Of a stretch of 64,000 nt of DNA, positions 11,400-24,884 are shown piece by piece. Source of the stretch: Lama glama (lineage: Eukaryota); the NCBI GenBank assembly GCA_028534125.1, contig CM052817.1, positions 29,700,001 through 29,764,000 of the forward strand. The letters are read 5' to 3'. Position 1 is the stretch's first letter. Each line of letters begins with the position of its first letter. The notes below the pieces were generated by a model that was not told the DNA's origin, made no database searches, and worked only from the letters and a program-made list of their open reading frames with translations. The translations under genes and the position numbers were made by a program.

Positions 11400-14300
11400 A
11401 TTACTTTTGAAGACCAGAAATAGACAGGAAACACAAACCAAGGAATGGGAGCTAAAGTTGTGGCCAAGAACAGCTGGAACAGAAGTTAAGTTGAAGTTCA
11501 GGCTCCTGTATTAGAGTCCTTACATGAGCTTCCAGTGAGACTGAAGATAGGGATAGTGCTACTAAAAAAATAAATAAATAAAATAAAATAAAGAATAAAA
11601 AATCATTATCTCCCACTTAAAGAAAGTTACACATTTTGCAGATTGTGAATTACAAAGAAAAAATTTTTAATCACATACTCAAAACTAAGAAGTCAGTTTC
11701 CATAATTAGATTAGCCCCTACCCCACTCCCCCCAAGAAGATATAAGATGAAACTTTGGAATCATTATATACAATGTGAATAGCACAGATGGAGAGAGAAA
11801 AAGAGAGTGGGAGATACATCTGCTCAAAAGGAGCTTGAAAACTGTAATTAAAGAAATAAACAAATTAAGATTAAGATTTTAATTCAGAATTAATTAATTT
11901 TCTAGAGAAGCTCTCAAATATTTAATGTAAACATGTTGAGATTTAAAATGATTCATCAATGTATAGCTTTCCTTTAAAAAAACTAGAATTCTTTTAGAGA
12001 TTAAAAAATATCAGATACAAATACATAGAAATAGCAATTAGAAAAATATGAAATAAAAAATCATTGAAATAAAATGAAATAGATATAATAATCTTTAGAA
12101 TTAATACAGTAAAATAGTGAATCAATAAATGGAAAGAAGATAGTGAAGAATTTTCTGAGTGAGTAACAAGGAAAAAAAAATTAAAATGTAGAACAGCAGC
12201 GAGACTTAAAAGATTAATTGAGGGGATTCAACAATTGTCAGACAAGAGTCCATAAGAAGAAAAAAAATGAATAACCTAAAAGCAATGTTTGAGAGGATAA
12301 CTACAGGGAATTTTTATTTTTAATTAAAGTATTTTCAAACCAAAAGCACTCTGAATACGCAGCTTAATATATATAAATCGATACATACATACATACATCC
12401 AGTGAATTTGAAACACATTTCAGCTAGAGAGGGTGTACATGTACTTTCCAAAGAAGAAGGATCTCCTACAATAAAGTTGTGATGACAGCAAATGTCTCAG
12501 CACAAACACAAGATATCAGGATGCTGAGAGAAAGTAATTGTTGATCTAGAGATTTATACACTTCCACCATTCAAGAGAAAAAGTAAAACAGAAGTATTTT
12601 TGAACATGCAGACTACAAGAGTTTGCCATTTAAGACTGTCACTGATGAAAAATATACCTAATAAGACAAAAAAGTGCACTCAGTTGTAAAGTGTGGGAAC
12701 CAAGACAAAATGAAGAATACTAACCTTGATAAAATATGGTTGCAAATGTTATTAACTCTTGATTGAAGGAAAACAATGACAGTTTCTTAAAATATAGGGG
12801 TAAAATTAAATTTCCAAAATAATAAATAAGTAGAGGTAGTCTTTAATAGGTAAAGTCCTCTAGGCCATTGTTTTGCTTAGAAGATACAAATAAATGATGA
12901 ATAGCTTCACTTGATTATACAATTGTGTAAACTGATATGATCCTAAAAATTTAAGGATAATCAATAACCAAACAGAAATTTATTGTTTGCAATTCAGTGA
13001 AAGAATAAAATCATGAAACAGAAATAGTTATTAGTCAAAAAAGAAAAAGGCGTGATAATTGACAAAATGGTACTTTTTTAATATAGAAAATATGAAATGA
13101 AGTCCTGAGAATTCTTTCAAATATGTAAATAATTACAATAAATGTAATTGGAACTCATCATCCAAGTGTGAATTTAAATTTAAAGTTATCTAGATACATA
13201 TTGATATTAAAAGGTAAATCTGAAATAAAAAGAGACATTTAACAACATATTGGCAAAAAAGTCAATAATATGAAAATAGTATGAACACAAGCAAAAACAG
13301 TGGGCAGGGTAGCATTTTTTAATACAAGGAAAATTAGAATTTAGTTTCAAAATTACTAGTATATATCAAATGAACAGTACCTTATAAGTTAAAAATTCTA
13401 CCAATTTGTAATTATGAGTTAATATACCCAAAATACATGTAAATAAAATATTTTGAACAGCAATGACAGAAATACATGAAGTTAAAATTTCCCTAAACCT
13501 ACTGAGTCATTTTAATACATCCTCTTTAGGAACCAAAAAAATAAACGATTACATGGAAATTTGGTGAAAAAATTGCCTTTGTCTGAAGAATATATAATAT
13601 CATATGACATATTTGCAAAATGTAATTGCACACTAGATCTTAAAGATGCCTCCACAGTTGTAATATTTTCTGCTCATAGTAGGATTAAATTAGAAATAAA
13701 TAATAAAGAGGTTTCTAAAAAAATCAACTTTGGAATCTTCAAAATGGTAAGCTACATTATGCATAGGTTAAGAGAGAAATACCAAAGAAAAAAATAAAAG
13801 AAGAAAACATATATAAAAACTCATAGGATATAGATAAAAAGATACCCTGAGGGAAATAAGTATTTATAAATTCTTATAAAATATAATTTAAAACCTTTTT
13901 TTAGAGAGCTAATTATTCCAATTTAAAGGTACAAAATGAAGGACTATTTATGTCAAAGGAATAACATAATTGGAAGTAAAAAATACAACAAAAGGTCATT
14001 GAGAAAATCATAAATAAATGTAAAAGAATGATGAAATAGTAAAACCTCAAGAAAGATTAATAAGTAGAATAAAATGGAATGTAAGATACTTGAAATATAT
14101 AAAATATAATTATATTTAAACTAATATATTTGAAAATGTAGAGGAAATTAATTTTATCATTGAAAAAGTTTCATAACCCAAATAAAATATATCACAAATT
14201 TTAACTAATCAGTATATATTATAACCATTGACATGATAATAAAATATCAACCCTAGCAACTGACACCAAATTCAGTCCTTTTTAAAGGCATTTAAAAAAA

Positions 14301-14680
14301 TTATATAGCCTAGTTTATAAACAACAAAGTTCTACTGTATATAGCACAGGGACCTATATTCAATACCTTGTAATAGCCTATAGTGGAAAATAATATGAGA
14401 AATAATATATATATGTATATATAACTGAATCAATATGCTGTACACCCAACATTAACTCAACATTATAAACCACCTATACTTCAATTAAAAAAAAAAAGGT
14501 TAAAGTGGGTAGGTAAAGAGATGGATAGATAGGTGGGCAGAAATAGGCATATAGAGCAAATAGAGTGAAATAAGTCATTTTTTTTAATTGAGATGAAACC
14601 TCTATGAGTTGCTATTTTACCATTTTATGCTTTATATTTCAACTCCTTATAATAATTTTTAGGAAAAAATTTAGTATAAT
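11400..14680 (+). mobile_element. Ancient decayed L1 (L1ME-like): ORF1, ORF2 endonuclease remnants and 3' end
   Basis: Strong A skew; ORF 13561-13797 contains FSAHSRIKLEINNK, similar to the L1 endonuclease SDH motif region; L1ME-like tail at 14540-14670. Confidence 0.7.
14315..14497 (+). mobile_element. Young 5'-truncated artiodactyl-type L1 3' end
   Basis: ATAAACAACAAAGTTCTACTGTATATAGCACAGGGACCTATATTCAATA...TATACTTCAATT followed by poly(A); no clear TSD. Confidence 0.85.
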
Positions 14681-16029
14681 TTTCTCATTTAAAACTATAT
14701 TTATATAGAAATAAAGGAAACTTAATAATGAACACTAATTATTCATGACTTTCACATGATCTGAATAATTTAAAGTCTTCAATTAACATAGTAGAAGACT
14801 TGTTAATATTTTATTATTTTATTTGGATATTCTGAATTGGCTTTTTTAGTTAATTTATCTACATGAATGATTGGATCTCAGCTGTACTTAATAGGATGCA
14901 AAAACAATAACTATATTTCTAATAGAATCTACAAACTGCTTGAAATTAAGATTTCAATTTGTTAAAGTATTTTGTGATTTAGTGAACAAGTTATGGGGCC
15001 GTTATCTTGTCTGATCTCCTTAGACTCTATAGCAAATTGATAATGCCTGTTATTGCCAACTGTTAATTTTCAGTTTGAAAGCAATGGTTTAAATGTTGGT
15101 TCTTTCATTCAGGAACCAAAGAAATAAAGACCACTATTACTGATTCCTGAGAAACAGACTAACTACAGGCTGGAATAAAACTTGTTTGAGTGTTTTATAC
15201 TTACTCCTTTTTCCAAAATATTGTTCAGAATTTTAAATATTATTTTTTTTGTTGTTTACCACCCATCTTTCCTCTTTTAAAATAGAAGGTATCTTTTCCA
15301 ATTTCAGGAAGTAACCAAGGTAAAAATATATATATATAAATAAAAATGGAAAAAAAGTAAGGTGAAAATATTCCATATTTTTACTCCTGAGAGATGTGTC
15401 CTGGCAACCTTATCTTATTATTTCCTACAGAAATTGCCCCCCAAGAAGCATGCATCTTGATCTTTACAAGGTAATAAGTTCAGATATAATCTGATTAACT
15501 TTATTACAAAAATCTTAGTGACCCCTAAAAAACAGTTTGTTTGGCTTAAAATAAGGTTATTTACTGAGAACATTTCCCACTTATTTTCAGGATCTTACAT
15601 ATGCAAAACCCTATCACATAGTTTGTATAGGGTTAGAACGATCAATATTCTAAAGGTTTAGAATGAATTACTCATAAAACTGCCTAAATCTGGTATATAG
15701 AGAGATAGATGAACTAGATCATCAAATAAAGTTTCAAATTATATTATTTATTGATATATTTATATTTTTATCAGAATTACTTAGCAACATAATTTTCTAG
15801 GAAATAGTTTATTTTAGCTATGAAATTAATTAGTTTCGGTGATTCTTCTGTAGCAGATGCTTTCTGGTATATACGAGAGATAAATATCTACATACTTTCA
15901 GGTGAATCCCACAAATTTTCTGTTCACATTTTCTCAAGTTGCACTGTCTCTATATGTTTAGTTTTGCTTCTTCCAGTCATTAACTACTAGTGAAACCTTC
16001 TGACAGTATCCAACATTTTATATATTCTT

Positions 16030-17350
16030 TACCCTAGATCCCTCCTTTCTTCACACAAAGGAGAAAACCAGTTGTACTGCTCTAACCCAGGGAGTGTTTG
16101 CTCATCACCGTCCTAAAGGATCACACCAAGGGGGGCTGTAATATGATCTAATGTCTTGCACAGAATGTTGAGCAGACCCATCTCTGAACCAGACCACTCT
16201 TTTTTCTTTTTTTTTTCTTTCTTTCTTTCATCTTCTTGTCACATTAGGTGTGGGGCTGTAGACCTGAGATGTGAGAGAGGCAATGTTGCATCAAAGATAA
16301 GTGAGAAGGGACTCTGAGTCACCTTTTGTGAAACATTTAGTGTGCCCTCTGGATCTGCCCAGGCCTCATGTATCATTTTCATGGAACAATAGATTGCTAC
16401 TGCAGTCCCCCTGACCTTAAGGCTTGATTGTTCTGACAATACCAAACCTCTGATGGACAATTGTAATTACACAGACACTTATCTCCCATGGTCAGGCATT
16501 TAGTCTCTCCTAGGTGTGAATGTCATGCCAGGAGCTGCTTTTCAAATGATGTGCAATTTTTAGCTACAGAAAACACAGCATTCCTCCAGAACCCAGAACA
16601 CTCCTTTGGGGCTTCCCAGGAACACAGTATAATATCTTTAACGCAATGGATATCACCACTGGATTAATAGTTCGCATAGTCCACGTGACAAGGCAGCTTA
16701 ACCAAAGCCTGTGGAAGAGTCTGCCTTTACTCTGTTTCTTTTTCAAACCTGGCAACTTTCTGAGTCCTTGGGCAATGGGTCAGAGAAATATTCACAAATG
16801 TTATTATTTTCTAAGTACAGGAAATGTCCAATGCGTGCTGTGCTACATTTTCACTATTGTTCTTTACTTTTTTTCAAGATGTCTTGTCGTACCCTAAATT
16901 TTAACCCTAAACTGGACACTGATGGGTAATGCCTTTAAAATTTGTAAGATTTCTCTCTCACCATCTCATATGCATGTGTTTAACTAGGGCATTGAGTACT
17001 TGCTACTTTCTGCTTAAGAAGGTCCAAATAGCGTTGTGTCTTCAGTGAAGTAGACAGCCTGAGTATGCTATGAAATATTAGAAAGAGCAGGGATTCTTGG
17101 GACTACTGTAATAGCCTGAATGTTAACATAACTCTGTGGCAAATATTGAATGTGAGCTGCCGTTCTTCCCAGGTGAATGTGAACTGCTCTTGATTTTCTT
17201 TTCTGATCAGGATTTAAAAGAACTGTGCATATCAAGTACCAGAAACTGCTAGATCTGCTCTAGCAAAACACTGACTGTGGCATGGCAGCCAGTATTGAGG
17301 CTACTACTTGGTTCATTTAACATTAGTTCACTGTCGTCTACCATATTTCT
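16030..17350 (-). mobile_element. ERVL internal pol fossil (RT, tether, RNase H start)
   Basis: Minus-strand peptides MNQVVASILAAMP, ENQEQFTFTWEE (17161-17198), VYFTEDTTLFGPS (17018-17055), ETKCLTM, ADPEGT and VWFRDGSAQ (16168-16194) are colinear with ERVL Pol as I recall it; many stops and frameshifts. Confidence 0.85.
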
Positions 17351-17354
17351 TTTG

Positions 17355-17787
17355 TATGTTTGGATAGTATCCTGGACATAGAATGTCAAATTTTGGAGAT
17401 TCTGAATTCTGGTATGTTTATAACAATAAATGTTATTTGATTTGTTTTAGCAGATAATTTTCATGGCTAGATTTGAATTGGAGACTCTGCTTTGGGGCAG
17501 CAACTCTGCCTCAGTTTTTCCCTCTTAGCTAAGTTGCTTTGAATCTGTTCTACATATTCATAGTTTGGGAATCTGTCAGAATATGGGGAAATGGGAAAGA
17601 TTCCTTTTCCAGCTCTTATTCTTCCAGGATACCCCTATTCTCTCTAATGTTTATGGTGTACTGGCTATAAGTTTTCTGATTCTCCAAATCAGGACATCTG
17701 TAAATTTTCACCTTTACACTCAGGTCATGGTACGTGCCATTCAAACTTCACCTAACCATAGGCTAAAAGCCATGGATTCCAGGATTT
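17355..17787 (-). mobile_element. Probable old L1 5' region fragment
   Basis: TGGACATAGAATGTCAAATTTTGGAGATTCTGAATTCTGG...TTTGTTTTAGCAG resembles antisense L1ME 5' sequence. Confidence 0.4.
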
Positions 17788-18287
17788 NNNNNNNNNNNNN
17801 NNNNNNNNNNNNNNNNNNNNNNNNNNNNNNNNNNNNNNNNNNNNNNNNNNNNNNNNNNNNNNNNNNNNNNNNNNNNNNNNNNNNNNNNNNNNNNNNNNNN
17901 NNNNNNNNNNNNNNNNNNNNNNNNNNNNNNNNNNNNNNNNNNNNNNNNNNNNNNNNNNNNNNNNNNNNNNNNNNNNNNNNNNNNNNNNNNNNNNNNNNNN
18001 NNNNNNNNNNNNNNNNNNNNNNNNNNNNNNNNNNNNNNNNNNNNNNNNNNNNNNNNNNNNNNNNNNNNNNNNNNNNNNNNNNNNNNNNNNNNNNNNNNNN
18101 NNNNNNNNNNNNNNNNNNNNNNNNNNNNNNNNNNNNNNNNNNNNNNNNNNNNNNNNNNNNNNNNNNNNNNNNNNNNNNNNNNNNNNNNNNNNNNNNNNNN
18201 NNNNNNNNNNNNNNNNNNNNNNNNNNNNNNNNNNNNNNNNNNNNNNNNNNNNNNNNNNNNNNNNNNNNNNNNNNNNNNNNNNNNNNN
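17788..18287. other. Assembly gap, 500 N
   Basis: Direct count of the N run. Confidence 0.99.
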
Positions 18288-18829
18288 AAATAATAAGACA
18301 AAGCTTATAATCATGATTGATTTGTTCACCAAAATGTATTGTTAATGTAATTTCTAAACCTGTGATTTATTTATGTAGTCAAATTATATGCTGGAAATTG
18401 TTACTCAATTTTCCTTTTTCATTTGATAAATTTCCCTCCTACAAAATATTTTAACCCTATTACAATCTGCCTCTCTTTAATAAATATTTGGTCTATACAT
18501 ATGTCTATGTATTTCAGAAAAAAGTAAATTATAAAAATAGAATGTAAGTTATAAAAAGAAGATTTAGTACAGCTAGATCCTATCAATAACTAAGTACCTG
18601 TTTCATGAAGAGTACTTACAAATGGTGTAAAATAAGTAAAAAATAGAGTGTATTTTCTGCTAGAAACCAAAAGTTTGTATCTACTTTTCATGGTGTCCTA
18701 AGAAACATAATAGTTTTGTGATTTCCTCTTCATATTCATGAAACATCTCATTTTTCATCTAACAAGTGATAAAGAGAAAGCTATAATAAATTAGAGTTTG
18801 AAGGAATTAAATAATAAGAAAGAATTAAG

Positions 18830-19167
18830 TAAAGCCAATTTGTGGTTTAGCCACTTCCAGGTTTACAAACATTCCTTCAATGAACCAGACCCATTCTCTG
18901 ATAATGATTTATTGATTCGAAGTACTGGTACAGGACCCAATTTTGTCCAAACATAATTTTTCCTATGGGTCTATAAAATTCAGAGATGCATAGAGTCTGA
19001 TGGTGGTTGTCATTAGATGCCAGAATAGCTATTAATGAAGTCCCCCAGGATTCTTCATTCTTGTTTTTTCTAAGATATTTAAATATTCTTCTAATAAATT
19101 TACTTTTTCACTTACCTTAATCAGTTTAATTTTAGTTCCTTACAAATAAAATAATATTACCTGATGT
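18830..19167 (+). mobile_element. Old MaLR LTR (MLT1J/K-like) 3' part
   Basis: AATAAATTTACTTTTTCACTTACCTTAATCAGTTTAATTTTAGTTCCTTACAA...CCTGAT resembles the MLT1 3' end. Confidence 0.4.
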
Positions 19168-19399
19168 AAGATAGCATAATTTAAATTGGTACTGGAAGCA
19201 AAGTTTGAACTTAAAATGTAAAAAATTAAAAGTTACATGATCAAGAAACATTTATAAAACATTAACAAACAACATAGGGATAATGAAAAAAATTTAATGT
19301 CACAGAGACGTATAATTTGATTTGAAGGAGTTGATTTGCCATGGAGTATCTTCTCATTTGTGAAATTTTATGTACCATTGGCATGATAGTTCTACCAGA

Positions 19400-20335
19400 G
19401 GAAGTCTAAAACGAAGATGATATTATTTCTAGCACAGCACAGAAAATTCATGTTCAGGGGTGTTATCACAAACAACAGCAATATCAATTCAAGCAATCAG
19501 AGAAGGTCAACAGTACAGGTAGCCTGAGTTTCAATATTAATTCAGGCCAGCAACACAACAGGAAATCACAAAATAACTTAAATATGGAAATCTAAAAATC
19601 ATGGTGGTCAAATAAGTTGTGATAAAATCCTATTTGGCCCTAGTGGTTTCAAAGGCTGTATGTGCAAAGCTGTATACATGCTCAGGAAAGACCTGAGAGG
19701 GCTGTTATAAGCTACCTGTATCTAGAGAAACATGAGGCCATACAAACACAGAAAGTAACAGCTAGAGAAGCCTTGAAAATTACCTCAAATTTGACTACAT
19801 TCCCTAAACCACATCCAAATTGCTAATAAAGAATGAAACCTCTCTTTCTCAAGAAAAAATTCTGGTAAATAATTGGCTAACTGGTAAAGTATGCTGACCC
19901 AGTGGTGACTTTAGGAAGCCAGTCTTAAAAATAAACATAAGAGTTAAAACAGAAGAAAGACATCATCATCATCTATACATTGAAAGAGAAACAGATTCTA
20001 TATTATTAATTCAAGGAAGTCACTAAACAAACAAATAGATAAACAAATAGCAACCAACCTTGGGGTTTTACAAACCAGAGATAATATCTAAAATGTCCAG
20101 ATTTCAATAAAAATTATAAAATATACAAAAAACAGAAAAGCATGGTTAATGCACAGAATAAACAAAGTAGGAACTGTAGTGGTCCCAGATCTTGGACATA
20201 AAAGACAAAAAATTCAAAGAATTAAAGAAAATCGTACTTACCAAATTAAAGGGAAGTATGATGAAATAACATATCAGAAAATATGAAGAAAGGGATACAA
20301 AATATCCAACTAAAAACAATGAAGATTAAAAATTG
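19400..20335 (+). mobile_element. Old L1 5' UTR / ORF1 start (L1M4/L1MB-like)
   Basis: CTCAGGAAAGACCTGAGAGGGC; CTGACCCAGTGGTGACTTTAGGAAGCCAG; ATCTAAAATGTCCAGATTTCAATAAAAATTATAA; A skew. Confidence 0.7.
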
Positions 20336-22579
20336 TAGTAGGCAGAATCCTAAAACACTTTGCAGTACAGGTAAGTGTGAAATATACTTGATTAATGAAA
20401 GGAAATGATGAATTATTAGAATACATCATCTACTACTGGGGAAATTTAGAACTCTGGAAAACACCGTATCTCATACAACTAATACAACTCTAGCCATTTC
20501 ACCATCATATATACTAATATACAATTAACTTACTAGATTTATTCTATTCAGCTATAAATATTTTAGACATTTTAATCTTGCCATATATTATTTCATATTT
20601 TGTGACTTCCATATTATATGCTTAGATTTGCATATTTAGAAATAATAAAATATTTAACTTTTAAATTACTTTGGTTGTTTTTCAAGTACTTGTAGAAATA
20701 TTAAATCATTTTCTCAACACAAAAAGAAAGGAGTGGGATAGTGAAATACGTTAATAAATATTTCATTATTGCTTCTTTGAAATTCTTGGAAGTATAAAGT
20801 TTTAGTGCATGATATATAAATTTTCTTAGAGGCTAGTTCCATTTCTTACTTATTGTTGTTAAATGTTATTTTTAACATAAATTATATAACAAAAATATTT
20901 GTTTTTGAATCAAGGTTTCCACGATTCACAGTAACTCTTCTACAGAGACATTAAGAGTTGGGAAAAAGAATCAGTTCCTTTCATGAGGCATTTCTAACTC
21001 AACTGGAAATTTTGTTCAGGGTAGAAATTATCCTGAGTTCTATGATCCCAGAGTAATAAAACATTAGAGGAGGGAAGACTTAATTACAATTACACCAAAC
21101 TACCAACGTTGCTTTTTTAAAGTATGATTTTTTATTACATCCCCGTGAACTGCCTGTCTCTACTCAGTATTTAGCAACCATTTGAACACAACTGTCATAG
21201 CTTGGGAACTTTATTTTTCAGCAATCTGTATTGCCTTATGCCAAAATACACTGAGATTTGTGATCTACCATGTGTCTTACAGAATGTCTTCATAGATGTC
21301 CATTTTGGAATTGAGTTCTAAAACAACCACAGAAAAAGAAGTCTTCATGCTAAGCTGTAGAGGAAGCTCATATTTTCCATTTGACAATAGGAGGTTGATT
21401 GGAAATCAGTATCTATTGTCTGAAACAAACCCAGCATAAACCAGCCTCTCTTTCTGTTGTGTTTACCTGCTTTTTCCACAGTGGTAGACAGCAGACCAGG
21501 AAAGAATATGATCTAATATTGGTTCATTAGAGCAATTATATATAATTACTTTACTTCATTCAAATCTATATATCATTTAGGATTTCTAACCAAGTTCAGA
21601 AACCATTTGTTGATACTGAATGGAAACTTTCATGTGAATCCATTTGAATTATATTCTCTGCTTAATTCCTATTTTTAAAAATAGAAGAGTCACAAAGTAG
21701 TTCTGATAAAAGTATTGATATTCTGAAGCTTCCTAAAATCACACTGTTTAGCTGTATTTTGCTATCACCTTCTTTTCTTATTGGTTAATATTTAGAGGTG
21801 GAGCTTATTGGCTCATTATAGTTAGTAAAACTTTGTAAGATGGTCAAAAGAAGGATATTAAGCAATGTAATTATTTAATTTCCTATGATTACTCAGATTT
21901 CCCATTGTGCATTGCTGATTGTCTCTAAAGTATCTAGTCATTGACTTAATTTCCTACAGCAGCAGAAGTAGAATATTGAGTTATTTATCTGTATGAGATG
22001 TGAATTGATGTTTTTCCCCCTAAACTACCTAAATGCAATGCTTGGTGAAGAAAATAAAAAAAACATAAGCAATGTTTGATTTTGATTGGAAATAAAGGAT
22101 AATATACAATCAAAATGATATTACATATTGCAATGTCCTGAATATTATCACCAAATGCATTTAAAATTAAACTGATTTCATTTATGGAGTTAATAAAGCA
22201 CTTGATAATAAATGAGGGACACTGATTCTTGACATTACCAATTGATTGAACTCTACCTTATCCGTGTTTAATACTTTGCAACTTACAGTGCACTTAACTG
22301 ATGCTGTAATTTGATCATTCTAACACGAAGCCATGAATACGGAAGACTTTGTGATAGCCCTAGTTCATTGCAGATGGAAGTGTAGACACCACATCTCTTG
22401 GTCAATGCTATACAACTAGTGAGCATCAGAATAACTGCAGGACTCCCACTTCTATGCTTTTCAGATAACCTAATAAGTTAGACCCAGTTTGGTCAAATTT
22501 ATTTGTGTTTTACACACAAAGGAGTGTTTAATGTCTATGCTTTTCACAAGAATCAGACTCTGAAACTTCCTGTGCATAG

Positions 22580-22858
22580 TATATTGTATATTCTCATAAT
22601 TAAAAACTCTTGAACCAGAACCAGATTGCCTGGGTTCAATGCAAAACTTCACCTTAATGTGTGATGTGACCTGGAACAAGTTGCTCAACCTCTTTATTTC
22701 AGTTTCTTTGTGTTTCTTATTTATAAACAGGGTAAAAATTAAAACTGGACTATGAAAATTTACCTCATAGGGATGCTGTGAGGTTTCAATATTTAATATA
22801 TTCAAACATTTAGAAAAGTAGGTGGCACATACTAAGTATCAAGTTAATATGTTACTTT
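22580..22858 (+). mobile_element. MIR SINE, near full length
   Basis: CCAGATTGCCTGGGTTCAA (B box), TGTGACCTGGAACAAGTTGCTCAACCTCT, TACCTCATAGGGATGCTGTGAGG, TGGCACATACTAAG. Confidence 0.9.
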
Positions 22859-24027
22859 TTACACATTGAAGTTAATCAGCTGTCATTATAAATAAATTAC
22901 CATAAAGAAAACAAACAAAAACTCTAAAGCTCATATAGTGAGTATTGAGTTCTAGAGCTAAAATAATTTAGGTTAACATAGTTATTATATCTATCTGTAT
23001 GTATACGCATGTGTGTGCATGTGTGTGAAATGAATTTATTGGATGATCTGTTAATCTGAGATAAAATTTTATTTCCTCATATTTCCTTGAAATATTCAGT
23101 ATCATCAAAGCAAAGCATCATTTTGCACAACTAACAGAAAAATATTTAAGTTGTTTTTTATGAAAATGTAATGGACTTATATTAAGATCTTTATCTGATT
23201 TGCCTCATTCTACTAGCAGCCTCTTGTAGTGCAGTAATTTTTTTTCTTTTAATGGGAAAAAGCATTGCGAGCTTCCACATTAACCTGAGGCCAAAAAGGT
23301 GACTACACTTAATAAGACCTTGTTCTAACCCACTGCGCTAATCAGATGGGACAGCATTTGATTTGGTTTAAATAGATGCGACGATCTGAATAACAATTCT
23401 TGCAATGGACCCTGCGAAAATAAGAAAAAGAATGTACTTTAGTCTTGAAATGGCATTATCCTATCAGTGTAATAGACCTTGTCTGTTTATCTACACCTAA
23501 TACAAATTCTCTCTGTATTTAAATAACTGCTGGTTTTAATGAGTTTTATTGAACTTAGAAATCGCTCTAAAATTTCAGCTTATACATTTTTATATACTGC
23601 TGAATATTTATGATTGTGCAACTGTAGGAGCTTTGAAGACCATTATAACAACCACTTTTTAAGGGATGCTTACCATGCAAGACAGAATTGATATATGATC
23701 ATGTAGCTAATCATAAATGCATACATTTTTTCATTTTACATTCAGCAAATTCAACATGTATTTTGTTATTGTTTAAAACTTCTGAACATAGAAAATATTT
23801 CCTATTGATATAATATATATGTAAGTCTCATTTACTATGCAGTCTTCCCTAACATCTTTATTTAAAGTACCCAACACCTATTTTTCTCTATCTCTGGCAG
23901 TTTTTACAACCTGCAACTATTTATTTCATCTGATTTTATTTCATTTTTCTCTCTATTGATACACTGAAATTATATTTGCCTTATTGTATTTTCAATCTAC
24001 ACAGAACAAGTACTCAATAAATTCAGA

Positions 24028-24310
24028 TACACCTCCACAATTCCTTATCAAAGCCCTGAGGACCACTATGCTCAGAATTCAAAGAAATTTTTATTTTAGA
24101 TATGCAAGAGCAAACATAGACCAAATGTCACAGCATACTTCAGGAAAGCCTGCAGCAATCCCTGCAATCAGATCATAGTTTTTATTCAGCAAAACGTATG
24201 AATATTTACACTAGGGATATAAATAAGGAATCAAAATAGATTCATGTCAGTTCAGGTCAGGTCAGGTTCCTCTGCTAAAAGGAATTACATTACATTTTTT
24301 GCAGTTTTGT
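24028..24310 (+). mobile_element. hAT-type DNA transposon fragment (MER96B-like)
   Basis: TCCACAATTCCTTATC...CAGAATTCA...AAAACGTATGAATATTTACACTA...TCATGTCAGTTCAGGTCAGG resembles the recalled consensus. Confidence 0.6.
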
Positions 24311-24454
24311 CTGTAATGGCTAAGAGCTAAAAGAATAAAAAAAGAATTCTAAAGTTTCACAGAAAATATTGTCTGAAGGCTTAAGAGAAGATGAGGAAAA
24401 TGTTGAATAAAAGTTTAATAGATTGTGAACAAGAGATCAGCCATTTTGTTTTTG

Positions 24455-24520
24455 AGTTGAGGACCTAGTGGAGTGCCTGGCACATGGACAAAATTCGCTA
24501 AGTTGTTTCTGGATGAATGA
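24455..24520 (+). mobile_element. L2 3' terminus
   Basis: CCTAGTGGAGTGCCTGGCACATGG...GGATGAATGA. Confidence 0.6.
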
Positions 24521-24750
24521 TAATAAAAGCTAACTCATATCGTATGTCCATTCTTTGAACACACTGTTCTTTACATGTATTAATTTATGTAGTCCTCGTT
24601 AACACATGAAGTAGATGATATTTTGATCCATTTTACAGATGAGGAAATGAAAATGTTATTTTCCCAAGGTCATAGCACTATGAGAGGAAATGCAGTGATT
24701 CAATCGAGGAAATATCGCTCCAGAGTCTGCTTTAACTGCTATGGTGTGGT
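24521..24750 (-). mobile_element. MIR SINE
   Basis: CCATTTTACAGATGAGGAAA...CCCAAGGTCATAGC...CTCCAGAGTCTG. Confidence 0.85.
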
Positions 24751-24884
24751 GCTTTGTGTGTTCCCGTGATCCCTGACACATAGCAGTACTCAACAGATAT
24801 TAGCTAAATCCAATTGAGAAAGGCTAAACTAAGTGCATAAGCAAGCAGATCTTTTTTCGTGTAATGAACTATGACAATATCTTT

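Noticed and set aside
15607..15634. Inverted repeat AACCCTAT...ATAGGGTT as a miRNA hairpin
   Set aside because: The perfect stem is only 8 bp, too short for a pre-miRNA and expected by chance
17565..18332. Long ORFs of 186-242 aa
   Set aside because: Artefacts of translating through the N gap
22470..22805. 111 aa ORF
   Set aside because: Mostly antisense translation of a MIR
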